A stretch of DNA of 62,052 bases from NCBI GenBank assembly GCA_964607465.1, contig CAZSKS010000008.1:1-62052 (forward strand), read 5' to 3'. The position numbers and the translations under genes are program-made. This DNA comes from an uncultured Gemmatimonadota bacterium (lineage in GTDB: Bacteria > Gemmatimonadota > Gemmatimonadetes > Palauibacterales > Palauibacteraceae). The notes under the pieces are model-generated. The model did no database searches. It was not told where the DNA came from and was given only the letters and a program-made list of their open reading frames with translations. Position 1 is the first letter of the stretch. Every line of letters begins with the position of its first letter. Shown here one piece after another: positions 18,377-26,091 of this stretch.

Positions 18377-19567
18377 ATGATCACGCCTCACACGCCGCAG
18401 GAAGAGGTTCCGAGCCCCGGTGATCCGTCCTCCGACGCGCGGCCGCCCTCCGACGCGCGGCCGGCCTCCGATCGGCACGTCAGAAGCCCGACGGAGGTGC
18501 CGGAGACGATCCTCGTCGCCCTGGACGGCTCGCCCTTCGGGGAGACGGCGCTGGCACACGCCCGGGTGCTCGCGCGGGCTTTCGGCAGCCGCCTCCACCT
18601 GGTCACGGTGTTCGATCCGAGCCGATCCGGAGGGACCGTGGCCGTGAGCGCCGAATGTCGGCTCCAGATGGCAGAGGCGAAGAACTACCTGGAGCGCCTG
18701 GCCAGGAGTCTGGAGGACGACCGGCTCGCGGCCGACCTCGAGACGCGGGAGGGTAACCCCGCCCACGAGATCGTGGCCGCCGCCCGGGAGCGGGAGGCGG
18801 GTCTCGTGGTCCTCGCGGCGCGGCCACGGCGACGGGACGAGCGACTCGTCTCCCGGGGCGTCGCCCAGGGCGTCATCGCGGCAGGCGTCGGCTCGCTCCT
18901 GGTGGCGCGGGGAGAGCCGATGTGTCGGGGGCGTGACCGGGCGGATGCGATGTACCGGAGGATCGCCGTCGCCGTGGACGGCTCTTCGGCCAGCCACCGG
19001 GCCCTGCGTGTGGCGGCGTCGCTGGCCCGGAGCGAGGGCGCGCGTCTGGTGCTCGTCCACGTCTTCCCTCCCGGGACCGGAACGTCGGAGGGGCGCGCGG
19101 CCAGCCGGAGCCAGGGGGGAGAGTCGGGGGTCGGCACCGACGCTCCCCGGTCGGACGGTGCGTACCTGCGGGAGCTGGCGAGCCGGCTGGACGGCCCGGG
19201 AACCGGGGTGGACACCGTCCTGTGCCGCTCGAGCCGCGTGGCCGACACCGTGGAGGAGGTGGCGAGGGAGGTGGGGGTCGACCTGCTGGTGCTGGGAGCT
19301 CGGGGGGCCGGGCGGGCGAGCTCCCGTTACGGCGGATGCGCCCGCTGGCTCCTGCGGCACGGCCAGGTGCCGGTCCTGGTCGTGCGGGGCGCCGAGGGGA
19401 AGACGACGGCGGACGGGTGGAAGACGGGGGCGCGGGGCGCCCTGCGAAATCGGCGGCCCCGGGAGCATATTCGTGGCGGGCCACGATACGGTCGTGGCCC
19501 GCGATCCGGGACCCCGGTCCGTGCCGCTGAGTCCGGAGGCGTCAACGAAGAGAGGAGCCGTCGATGA
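18377..19567 (+). CDS. universal stress protein, tandem USP domains, with a repeat-containing N-terminus and a long basic tail
   Basis: Two USP domains: ETILVALDGSPFGETALAHARVLARAFGSRLHLVTVF...LVVLAAR and YRRIAVAVDGSSASHRALRVAASLARSEGARLVLVHVF...LLVLGARGAGR...VPVLVVR. The stop overlaps the next start (ATGA at 19564-19567). The exact start is uncertain. Confidence 0.85.
   Translation: MITPHTPQEEVPSPGDPSSDARPPSDARPASDRHVRSPTEVPETILVALDGSPFGETALAHARVLARAFGSRLHLVTVFDPSRSGGTVAVSAECRLQMAEAKNYLERLARSLEDDRLAADLETREGNPAHEIVAAAREREAGLVVLAARPRRRDERLVSRGVAQGVIAAGVGSLLVARGEPMCRGRDRADAMYRRIAVAVDGSSASHRALRVAASLARSEGARLVLVHVFPPGTGTSEGRAASRSQGGESGVGTDAPRSDGAYLRELASRLDGPGTGVDTVLCRSSRVADTVEEVAREVGVDLLVLGARGAGRASSRYGGCARWLLRHGQVPVLVVRGAEGKTTADGWKTGARGALRNRRPREHIRGGPRYGRGPRSGTPVRAAESGGVNEERSRR
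18429..18475 (+). repeat. in-frame 18-bp tandem repeat (2.6 copies) in the N-terminus of the first USP gene
   Basis: CCTCCGACGCGCGGCCGC / CCTCCGACGCGCGGCCGG / CCTCCGATCGG, encoding the repeated peptide (P)SDARP. Confidence 0.8.
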
Positions 19568-20487
19568 ACATCAAGAAGGTGCTGTTCGCCACCGATTTCT
19601 CGGAGCGCTCGGAGACGGCGCTCCCCCACGCGCTGTGGTACGCCCGGGAATTCGGGGCGGAGCTCCACATGCTGCATGCCGTGGTGCTCCACGCCGCGGA
19701 CCCGGCCAACCCCGACGTCGACTTCCCGGACCTGGAGGCGGCGTACGACGAGGTGCGGCGGTGGGCCTCGGCCCGCATGGAGGCGGCCGCCGGCCGGGTC
19801 GACGACGCCGGCGTCGCGGTGAAGCGCGTGGAGGAGAGGGGCGTCGCCGCCGCCCCGGTGATCCTGGATTACGCCCGGGAGGAGGGGGTGGACCTGATCG
19901 TGCTGGCCACCCACGGCCGGCGCGGCGTCCGCCGGATGCTGATGGGGAGCGTGGCCGAGGAGGTGGTCCGGCTGGCCGCCCGCCCCGTCCTGACGGTGCG
20001 GCCGAACGGGGCGGAGGAGCACGGCGAGCCGCCCCGCAGCGTCCTCGTTCCGGTGGACTTCTCGGAGCACTCCGACCGGGCGCTGGCCTACGGCGGCGCC
20101 CTGGCCGGGAGGACCGGCGCCGAGCTCCACGCGCTCCACGTGGTCCCGGAGATGTCGTTTCCCGACCCCTATTTTGCCGAGGCCGCCCAGATCCGCGCCA
20201 TGGCGAAGGCCGCCCAGGAGAGGGTGCCCGAGGCCATGCAGCGCAACGTCCGGGAGGTGCTGGGCGAGGAGGCCGACGTCCACGTCCACCTGGAGGTGGG
20301 CACGCCGGCGGCCACCATCGTCCGCGTGGCCGAGGAGGAGGCCATCGACCAGGTGGTCCTCTCGAGCCACGGCCGCACGGGCCTCGAGCGGATGCTGCTG
20401 GGGAGCGTGGCCGAGGGCGTCGTCCGCCGCGCCCCGTGTCCGGTCCTGACCGTGAAGGCCTTCGGCCGGGACCTGCTGGCCGGGTGA
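19564..20487 (+). CDS. universal stress protein, tandem USP domains
   Basis: MNIKKVLFATDFSERSETALPHALWYAREFGAELHMLHAV...DLIVLATHGRRGVRRMLMGSVAEEVVRLAARPVLTV, plus a second copy of the same pattern (SVLVPVDFSEHSDRAL...VVLSSHGRTGLERMLLGSVAEGVVRRAPCPVLTV). Confidence 0.92.
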   Translation: MNIKKVLFATDFSERSETALPHALWYAREFGAELHMLHAVVLHAADPANPDVDFPDLEAAYDEVRRWASARMEAAAGRVDDAGVAVKRVEERGVAAAPVILDYAREEGVDLIVLATHGRRGVRRMLMGSVAEEVVRLAARPVLTVRPNGAEEHGEPPRSVLVPVDFSEHSDRALAYGGALAGRTGAELHALHVVPEMSFPDPYFAEAAQIRAMAKAAQERVPEAMQRNVREVLGEEADVHVHLEVGTPAATIVRVAEEEAIDQVVLSSHGRTGLERMLLGSVAEGVVRRAPCPVLTVKAFGRDLLAG

Positions 20488-20541
20488 GCCGGCCGCGGCG
20501 GGACGACCACGTGTCGCGGGACGGCGGCCGGACGCACCCGC

Positions 20542-21861
20542 TTGGCTGAGCCCGCCGGCGGGCCGGCTCCCGCCCGGGGCGCGCCCGGGCCCGCGGGGAC
20601 GATCGCCGACGCCCCGGCCTTCCGGATCCCGGGCCAGCACTTCGCCGCGTCCCTCCTCTTCCTGGTGGCCGGGGCGACGGGCCTGGCGTGGCAGGCGCCG
20701 GCCGTGGCCGCGGGGGCCTTCTCGTCCTCCGGGGTCGTGGCGTCGGCCCACCTGCTGACGGTGGGCTGGATCGGCACCTCCATCATGGGCGCCCTCTACC
20801 AGCTGCTGCCCGTGGCGCTGGGGGCGACGCTGCGCTGGGAGCGGTTGGGCGACGCCGCGTTCTGGGCGTGGACGGTCGGCCTGGCGGCCTTCGCCGCCGG
20901 GATCGTGGTCCGGGAGCCGCGCCTCCACGTGCCCGGGGCGGTCCTGCTGGGGCTGGGCGTGGCGCTGTTCGCCGCCAACGTGGCCGCCACGCTGCCGCGG
21001 ACCGCCCGGCGGGACCTCACCTGGTGGTGCGTGGCGGGCGGCGTCCTCTTCCTCCTGGGCGGGTGGGTGCTGGGCCTCCTGCTGGCCGTGAACCTGGGGA
21101 CGGGCGTCCTGGGCGGCAGCCGCTACGCGGTGCTGGCGGTCCACCTGCACCTGGCCGCCGGGGGGTGGGTGCTGCTGACCGTCGTCGGCGTCGCCCACCG
21201 GCTCCTGCCGATGTTCCTCGGCAGCCGGGGAGCGTCCCGCCTGCCGGGCCGGATCGCCGCCGGGCTGGTGGGCGGCAGCGCCGGGGCCCTGCTGCTGAGC
21301 GGACACCTGCTGCCGGGGAGCGTCCTGCGTCCGGCGCTGGCGGTCATGGGGCTGGGGACGGTGGCCTTCCTGGCGCAGGCCGGGCTCCACTTCCGCCGTC
21401 GGACGCGGAGCGAGATCCACCCCGGGCTGCGGCTGGCGGCGGTGGGCCTGGCGCTGCTCGGGCTGGCGGCGCTGGCCGGTCTCGCTCTCCTGGCGACGGG
21501 CCGATCGGCCCTTCGGCTGCTGACCGCCTACGGAATCCTGCTGATCCCCGGGGGCCTGGGCCTCTTCCTGGCGGGCTTCCAGTACCGCATCGTGCCGTTC
21601 CTGACGTGGACACACCGGTACGCGCCCCGGGCCGGCGGGGCCGACGGGGAGGCGGTGCCCCGGCCCGAGGAGCTGGTGGACCCGCGGGGCCCCCTCGCCG
21701 CCACGCTCCTGCTGGCGGCGGGCGTGCTGCTTCTGGCTGCCGGGGCCGTGGCCGGGGAGACGGCCGCGGCGCGGGCCGGCGGGGTGGCCTTCACCGCCGG
21801 GGCGGCGATCGAGGCGGGCCAGCTGCTGGCCGTGCTGGCGGGCTGGCGGAGGCGGCGCTGA
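20542..21861 (+). CDS. polytopic (about 12 TM) His-bearing membrane protein with heme-copper-oxidase-helix-like motifs; function unknown
   Basis: Motifs SAHLLTVGWIGTSIMGALYQLLP, LAVHLHLAAGGWVLLTVVGVAHRLLPMFLG and LAGFQYRIVPFLTWTHRY. There is no His-His pair. The start is a TTG in the ORF track and is uncertain. Confidence 0.55.
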   Translation: MAEPAGGPAPARGAPGPAGTIADAPAFRIPGQHFAASLLFLVAGATGLAWQAPAVAAGAFSSSGVVASAHLLTVGWIGTSIMGALYQLLPVALGATLRWERLGDAAFWAWTVGLAAFAAGIVVREPRLHVPGAVLLGLGVALFAANVAATLPRTARRDLTWWCVAGGVLFLLGGWVLGLLLAVNLGTGVLGGSRYAVLAVHLHLAAGGWVLLTVVGVAHRLLPMFLGSRGASRLPGRIAAGLVGGSAGALLLSGHLLPGSVLRPALAVMGLGTVAFLAQAGLHFRRRTRSEIHPGLRLAAVGLALLGLAALAGLALLATGRSALRLLTAYGILLIPGGLGLFLAGFQYRIVPFLTWTHRYAPRAGGADGEAVPRPEELVDPRGPLAATLLLAAGVLLLAAGAVAGETAAARAGGVAFTAGAAIEAGQLLAVLAGWRRRR

Positions 21862-21937
21862 GCTGGCGGGATCGGGGGAGCTGAAGGACGCCACGCGACC
21901 GCCGCGCCCGGACGGTCGCGAGGTGTCGCGGCGGACT

Positions 21938-21961
21938 CTGGTCGTACGTACGTACGATCAG
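21938..21961. repeat. GTACGTACGTAC-cored palindromic element (REP-like / bidirectional terminator hairpin), copy 1
   Basis: CTGGTCGTACGTACGTACGATCAG folds as a 10-bp stem (one G-U pair) with a GUAC loop. It lies between the convergent ends of the 20542 membrane-protein gene and ctaB. The preceding GGACT is shared with copy 2. Confidence 0.7.
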
Positions 21962-22001
21962 GGGGGCCAGCCAGCCCGGCCGGACGTCGGCGGCCTCGGC
22001 C

Positions 22002-22931
22002 TCAGATCAGGACGTCGGCCACCCCCGCGCCCAGCGTGACGGGCAGGTAGAGGAGGGAGGCGAGGAAGAGCCGCCGGGCGTGGCGGGCCGAGCGATCGCG
22101 GAGGAAGGCCGCCGCCGGCAGCACGAGGGCGAGCCCGGCCGCGACGGCGGCCCCGCCGTACAGCGGCCCGAGGTCGGCGTGGGCCAGGGGCACCAGGCTC
22201 ACCGCCAGCAGCAGCCCGGCCCAGGTCAGGGCGTGGCGGCCGCTGCGCCGGCCGCTGGGATCGGCCACGGCCAGCGTCGCGAAGCCCGCCGCCCGGTACT
22301 CGGATCGGTGCATCCACTCCAGGGCGAAGAAGTGGGGCAGCTGCCAGGCCAGCAGCATCCCGAAGAGCGCCCAGCCGGTGGGCCCGACGCCGCCGGTGGC
22401 CGCCGCCCAGCCGCCCAGCACGGGCAGCGCGCCGGGCAGGGTCCCCACGTGGGTGGACCAGGGCGTCCGCGCCTTGAGGGGCGTGTAGAGCAGCAGGTAG
22501 CTGAGCACCGTGAGGGCTGCCAGCCCGCCCACCAGCGGGGTCACGCCAGCCCACAGCAGGCCGGTCCCCACGACGGCGAGGCCGACGCCCCAGGTCAGGC
22601 CCCCGGCGGCGCCGATGCGGCCCGACGGGATCGGTCGGCCCCGGGTGCGCTCCATCCGGGCGTCCCGCCCCCGCTCCATCCACTGGTTCAGGGCGTTCGT
22701 GCCCCCGCACGCCAGGGCGGTCCCGGCCAGCAGCAGGAGGAGCCGGAGGGGGTCGCCGTCCCGGGCCGCTCCGATCAGGTAGCCGGCCCCGGCGGTGGCC
22801 GCCACCAGCCCGGTGATGCGGGGCTGGGCCATCTCCACGAGGGCGGCCGGGAGCGATCCCCGGGCCGGGGCGCCGGGCGATCCGCGGGCCGAGGGACGGC
22901 GGTCCGTCCGGGGCTGGCTGTCGCGTTCCAT
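22002..22931 (-). CDS. ctaB: protoheme IX farnesyltransferase (heme O synthase), UbiA family
   Basis: PRITGLVAATAGAGYLIGA...LAGTALACGGTNALNQWMERGRDARMERTRGRPIPSGRI...YTPLKARTPW. Polytopic, with typical CtaB/CyoE motifs. Confidence 0.9.
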   Translation of the reverse strand: MERDSQPRTDRRPSARGSPGAPARGSLPAALVEMAQPRITGLVAATAGAGYLIGAARDGDPLRLLLLLAGTALACGGTNALNQWMERGRDARMERTRGRPIPSGRIGAAGGLTWGVGLAVVGTGLLWAGVTPLVGGLAALTVLSYLLLYTPLKARTPWSTHVGTLPGALPVLGGWAAATGGVGPTGWALFGMLLAWQLPHFFALEWMHRSEYRAAGFATLAVADPSGRRSGRHALTWAGLLLAVSLVPLAHADLGPLYGGAAVAAGLALVLPAAAFLRDRSARHARRLFLASLLYLPVTLGAGVADVLI

Positions 22932-22961
22932 GGGGCGTGGCTCGTGAAGGGTGGACGAGGG

Positions 22962-22990
22962 TTGACCCGGACTCGAACCGTGACGATACT
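22962..22990 (+). promoter_or_regulatory. sigma70-like promoter candidate for the Rrf2-oxidase operon, inside an AT-rich island
   Basis: TTGACC (22962-22967), a 17-nt spacer, then GATACT (22985-22990), followed by ATATAAC. It sits in the 200-nt divergent ctaB/rrf2 intergenic region, which is the most AT-rich stretch of the window. Confidence 0.4.
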
Positions 22991-23131
22991 ATATAACCGC
23001 ATACGGAACTCCACAATTCGACGGACGCGGGGAGCGCCGGCCGGGGCGAGGCCCGGGCGAGGACTGTGCCGGCCGGGAGAATTCCACGGGCGGGAAGCGC
23101 GCCAGCCGCGGTCAGGCGGGTCGCCAGGCCG

Positions 23132-23623
23132 ATGCTCAACAGCTCTGCGGAATACGCGCTGAAGGCGACGCATCTCCTGGCCCGCATCGAACCGGGGGAG
23201 CGCCGGACGGCGGAGGAGCTGGCCGCGGAGCTGGACCTGCCGGCCAACTTCCTGTCGAAGCTGCTGGGCCGGCTCCGGCAGCGGGGGATCCTGGAGTCGC
23301 GGCCGGGGCCGAGCGGCGGATTCCGGCTGGCGCGGGAGCCGTCGGAGGTGACGCTGGCCGAGGTGGCCGGCCCCTTCGACGACCTGGTGCGGGACCGTCA
23401 GTGCCTGCTGGGCCGGCCGGAGTGCCGCGACGACGCGCCCTGCGCGGCCCACGAGCGCTGGAAGGAGCTGGCCGACCGGGTCGAGCGCTTCTTCCGGGAG
23501 ACGACGCTGGCGGACCTGGACGCCCGGCCCCGGGTCGGATCCCCTGCCGGGAACGGGCGACGGGCCGGCGAGGGCGGGACGGCGAGCGGCGGCTCGAGGT
23601 CGGAAGGCGAGGAGACCGCATGA
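23132..23623 (+). CDS. Rrf2 family transcriptional regulator with a three-Cys Fe-S-type motif (NsrR/IscR-like)
   Basis: MLNSSAEYALKATHLLARIEPGERRTAEELAAELDLPANFLSKLLGRLRQRGILESRPGPSGGFRLAR is an Rrf2 wHTH. The Cys cluster is C-x6-C-x5-C in RQCLLGRPECRDDAPCAAH. I chose the ATG at 23132; the stop overlaps the next ORF (ATGA at 23620-23623). Confidence 0.85.
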   Translation: MLNSSAEYALKATHLLARIEPGERRTAEELAAELDLPANFLSKLLGRLRQRGILESRPGPSGGFRLAREPSEVTLAEVAGPFDDLVRDRQCLLGRPECRDDAPCAAHERWKELADRVERFFRETTLADLDARPRVGSPAGNGRRAGEGGTASGGSRSEGEETA

Positions 23624-23787
23624 CGGGGGACGGCATGACGGACGAGACGAAGGACGAAGGCCGGGCGCCGCTGCCCCAGCGCCTCTACGAGAGCATCTGG
23701 CTGTGGGCGGCGGTGGCGATCCTCTTCTGGCTCCTCTCGTACGTGGTCTGGGGCTTCATCGACCTGACGGTCATCCCGGGGGGCTGA
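23620..23787 (+). CDS. 55-aa single-TM protein, candidate small subunit (IIa-like) of the second oxidase
   Basis: MTGDGMTDETKDEGRAPLPQRLYESIWLWAAVAILFWLLSYVVWGFIDLTVIPGG. It is translationally coupled to the regulator upstream and ends 1 nt before the subunit II ATG at 23789. It occupies the same position as ORF 27-224 in cluster 1. Confidence 0.55.
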   Translation: MTGDGMTDETKDEGRAPLPQRLYESIWLWAAVAILFWLLSYVVWGFIDLTVIPGG

Positions 23788-23788
23788 C

Positions 23789-24328
23789 ATGAGCTCACCG
23801 ATCCGATCGCCGGAGGGCCACTGGTGGAACTGGCCCGTCAGCGGCCAGGAGAAGACGTGGATCGGCCTGGTGATCGTCACCGGGGTGATCCTCTTCGGCT
23901 GGATGTTCGGCTGGATGTACGCCGGCGCCCAGAACCCCACCGGCCCCACCTATCGGGTCTCCGCGGCCGAGTTCCGGGAGAAGATGACCGACTACCGGGA
24001 GGAGGCGACGAGGACGGAGCGCGGCCTCCGCCCGGCGGGTCGGGACGTCTACGTGGCCGGCTCGCAGTTCGCGTGGAACGGGCTCCCGGTGGTCCTGGAG
24101 GCCGGCGTGGAGTACCGGCTGCACCTGAGCAGCTACGACGTGCAGCACGGCTTCTCCGTGCGCCCGGAGCACGACCTCTGGAAGCAGATGAACCTGCAGG
24201 CCCTGCCCGGCTACGAGTGGGTCGTGCCGATGCGCTTCGAGGAGCCCGGCACCTACTACGTCGTCTGCAACGAGTTCTGCGGCGTGGGGCATCGGGTGAT
24301 GAGCGGCCAGTTCCACGTGGTCGAGTGA
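23789..24328 (+). CDS. CuA-containing subunit II of a divergent heme-copper oxidase
   Basis: One TM helix (WIGLVIVTGVILFGWMFGWMYAG) plus a cupredoxin domain. CuA ligands: VQHGFSV and C-x3-C-x3-H-x2-M in VCNEFCGVGHRVM. No cytochrome c domain. Confidence 0.88.
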   Translation: MSSPIRSPEGHWWNWPVSGQEKTWIGLVIVTGVILFGWMFGWMYAGAQNPTGPTYRVSAAEFREKMTDYREEATRTERGLRPAGRDVYVAGSQFAWNGLPVVLEAGVEYRLHLSSYDVQHGFSVRPEHDLWKQMNLQALPGYEWVVPMRFEEPGTYYVVCNEFCGVGHRVMSGQFHVVE

Positions 24329-24344
24329 CGGGAGGGGGCGCGCG

Positions 24345-26060
24345 GTGATCCGAGACCTGTTCGACGGCGGCTACGGCGAGGACGGATTCCGGACCTGCTC
24401 GATCACGGGCCTCCGCGTCCACCGGTCGGTGGAGAACCTGGCGAAGGTCTTCGGCCTCACCGCCGTGGTGGCGCTGCTGATCGGCGGTGTGGGGGCCTTC
24501 TTCGTGGCGATGACCCGCTGGGAGGTCGTCGGCCTCCTGGGCGCCGAGGACTTCTACCGGGTGCTCAGCGTCCACGCCTGGCACCTGCTCATCTTCTGGA
24601 TGGTGTTCATGGAGGTCGCCATCCTCTACGTGGGCGGGCCCATGGTGCTGGGGCGGAAGATGCCGGCCCCCTCGCTGGCGAAGGTCGGCTGGGGGCTGAT
24701 GGTGGCCTCGGCCGTGGCCATCACCTGGGCCATCTGGGTCACCGATCCACCGGCCCACCAGCAGCCCCTGCTCACCTCCTACGCGCCGCTGGAGTCCCAC
24801 CCGGTCTTCTACGGCGGGGTCGTCGCCTTCATCCTCGGCACGGTGATCGCGGCCCTGCCGTTCTTCGCCTCGCTGTGGCAGGAGAAGAGCGAGTTCCCCG
24901 ACCGGACGCTGCCGCTGGTCACCTTCGGGGCCTTCGCCACCTCCATCATCGCCCTGGAGGCGCTGGTGGGCGGGCTGATCACCTACGTCCCCACCTTCCT
25001 GTGGTCGGTGGGGGTGGTGGAGACGATCGACGCCGGCTGGTACCGCCAGGCCTACTGGACGATCGGCCACGGGTCCCAGCAGATCAACCTGCTGGCCATG
25101 ATCACGGTGTGGTACTTCATGACCCACGTGGTCGGCGGGGCGCAGGTGGTGAGCGAGAAGATCTCCCGCACGGCCTTCATCCTGTACGTCTTCTTCATCA
25201 ACATGGGCGCCGCCCACCACCTGCTGGCCGACCCCGCGGTGAGCGGCGGATGGCGGATCTGGAACGCCTCCTACGCCATGTACGGCGCGGTCGGCGCCAG
25301 CATGATCCACGCGTTCGCCATCCCGGCGGGTCTGGAGGCGGGCCTCCGCAAGAAGGGGATCGGCGGGGACGGCTGGTTCGGCTGGCTGCGGTCGGCGCCC
25401 TGGCACGACCCCGGCTTCTCGTCCACCGTGTTCAGCATCGCGCTCTTCGGCTTCCTGGGCGGGATCAGCGGCGTGCTGGTGGGCCAGATGCAGCTCAACG
25501 TGATGCGGCACAACACCTTCGCGATCCCCGGGCACTTCCACGCCACGGTGGCCGTCGGCACGACGCTGGCCTTCATGGGCCTGATCTTCTTCATGCTCCG
25601 CGCGAACTTCTTCCGCGACTGGGTGGGGAAGACGATGGCCCGGCTCCAGCCCTTCCTCTACTCGGGCGCCATGGGCCTGGCCGTGATGGCGATGATGGTC
25701 CTGGGGATCATGTACAGCGTGCCCCGCCGGCACCCGGAGGGCGTGGCGCTGCCCGGCATCGAGCTCAGCCTGGACGCCGCCGGGCCCATGTTCGCCGTCT
25801 TCGGGGTGACGGCCCTGGGGGCCATCCTCGCCGGGGCGATCTTCGTGGCCGTGGCCCTGGCGACGCTGCTGTTCGGGAAGCGGAGCCAGCCGAGCGTCCC
25901 GATCCCGGGGGCCGCCACGGCCTCCGGCGCCGACGCCGGGCTCCACGCCTACTCCATGCGGGGGACCTTCGCCCTCTGCATCGTCTTCCTGATCTCCTTC
26001 GGCGTGCTCTTCTGGCTCGACTGGGCGTGGCTCGCCGACATGTGGCAGTTCGGCACGTGA
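24345..26060 (+). CDS. divergent heme-copper oxidase superfamily subunit I lacking the cross-linked Tyr (candidate NO reductase of B-family-derived type)
   Basis: 571 aa. It retains SVHAWHLLIFW, WTIGHGSQQINLL (CuB His at 25068-25070), GAAHHLLADP and IPGHFHATV. Ungapped alignment with cluster-1 subunit I (RTLFWYSGHPIVYFWLLP vs RQAYWTIGHGSQQINLLA) places Gln (25080-25082) at the Tyr position. GTG start with a GGGAGGGGG SD. Confidence 0.85.
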   Translation: MIRDLFDGGYGEDGFRTCSITGLRVHRSVENLAKVFGLTAVVALLIGGVGAFFVAMTRWEVVGLLGAEDFYRVLSVHAWHLLIFWMVFMEVAILYVGGPMVLGRKMPAPSLAKVGWGLMVASAVAITWAIWVTDPPAHQQPLLTSYAPLESHPVFYGGVVAFILGTVIAALPFFASLWQEKSEFPDRTLPLVTFGAFATSIIALEALVGGLITYVPTFLWSVGVVETIDAGWYRQAYWTIGHGSQQINLLAMITVWYFMTHVVGGAQVVSEKISRTAFILYVFFINMGAAHHLLADPAVSGGWRIWNASYAMYGAVGASMIHAFAIPAGLEAGLRKKGIGGDGWFGWLRSAPWHDPGFSSTVFSIALFGFLGGISGVLVGQMQLNVMRHNTFAIPGHFHATVAVGTTLAFMGLIFFMLRANFFRDWVGKTMARLQPFLYSGAMGLAVMAMMVLGIMYSVPRRHPEGVALPGIELSLDAAGPMFAVFGVTALGAILAGAIFVAVALATLLFGKRSQPSVPIPGAATASGADAGLHAYSMRGTFALCIVFLISFGVLFWLDWAWLADMWQFGT

Positions 26061-26091
26061 CCGACCGGATGGATGGAACCGGAGGTGAGCG

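Noticed and set aside
22955-23000. tRNA-like T-arm on the minus strand (cacGGTTCGAGTCCggg) in the ctaB/rrf2 intergenic region.
   Set aside because: The T stem would contain an A-G mismatch. No complementary 5' acceptor strand, D-arm or anticodon arm can be drawn from the flanking sequence, and no CCA or discriminator context is present. The same bases are better explained as the -35/spacer of a sigma70-like promoter.
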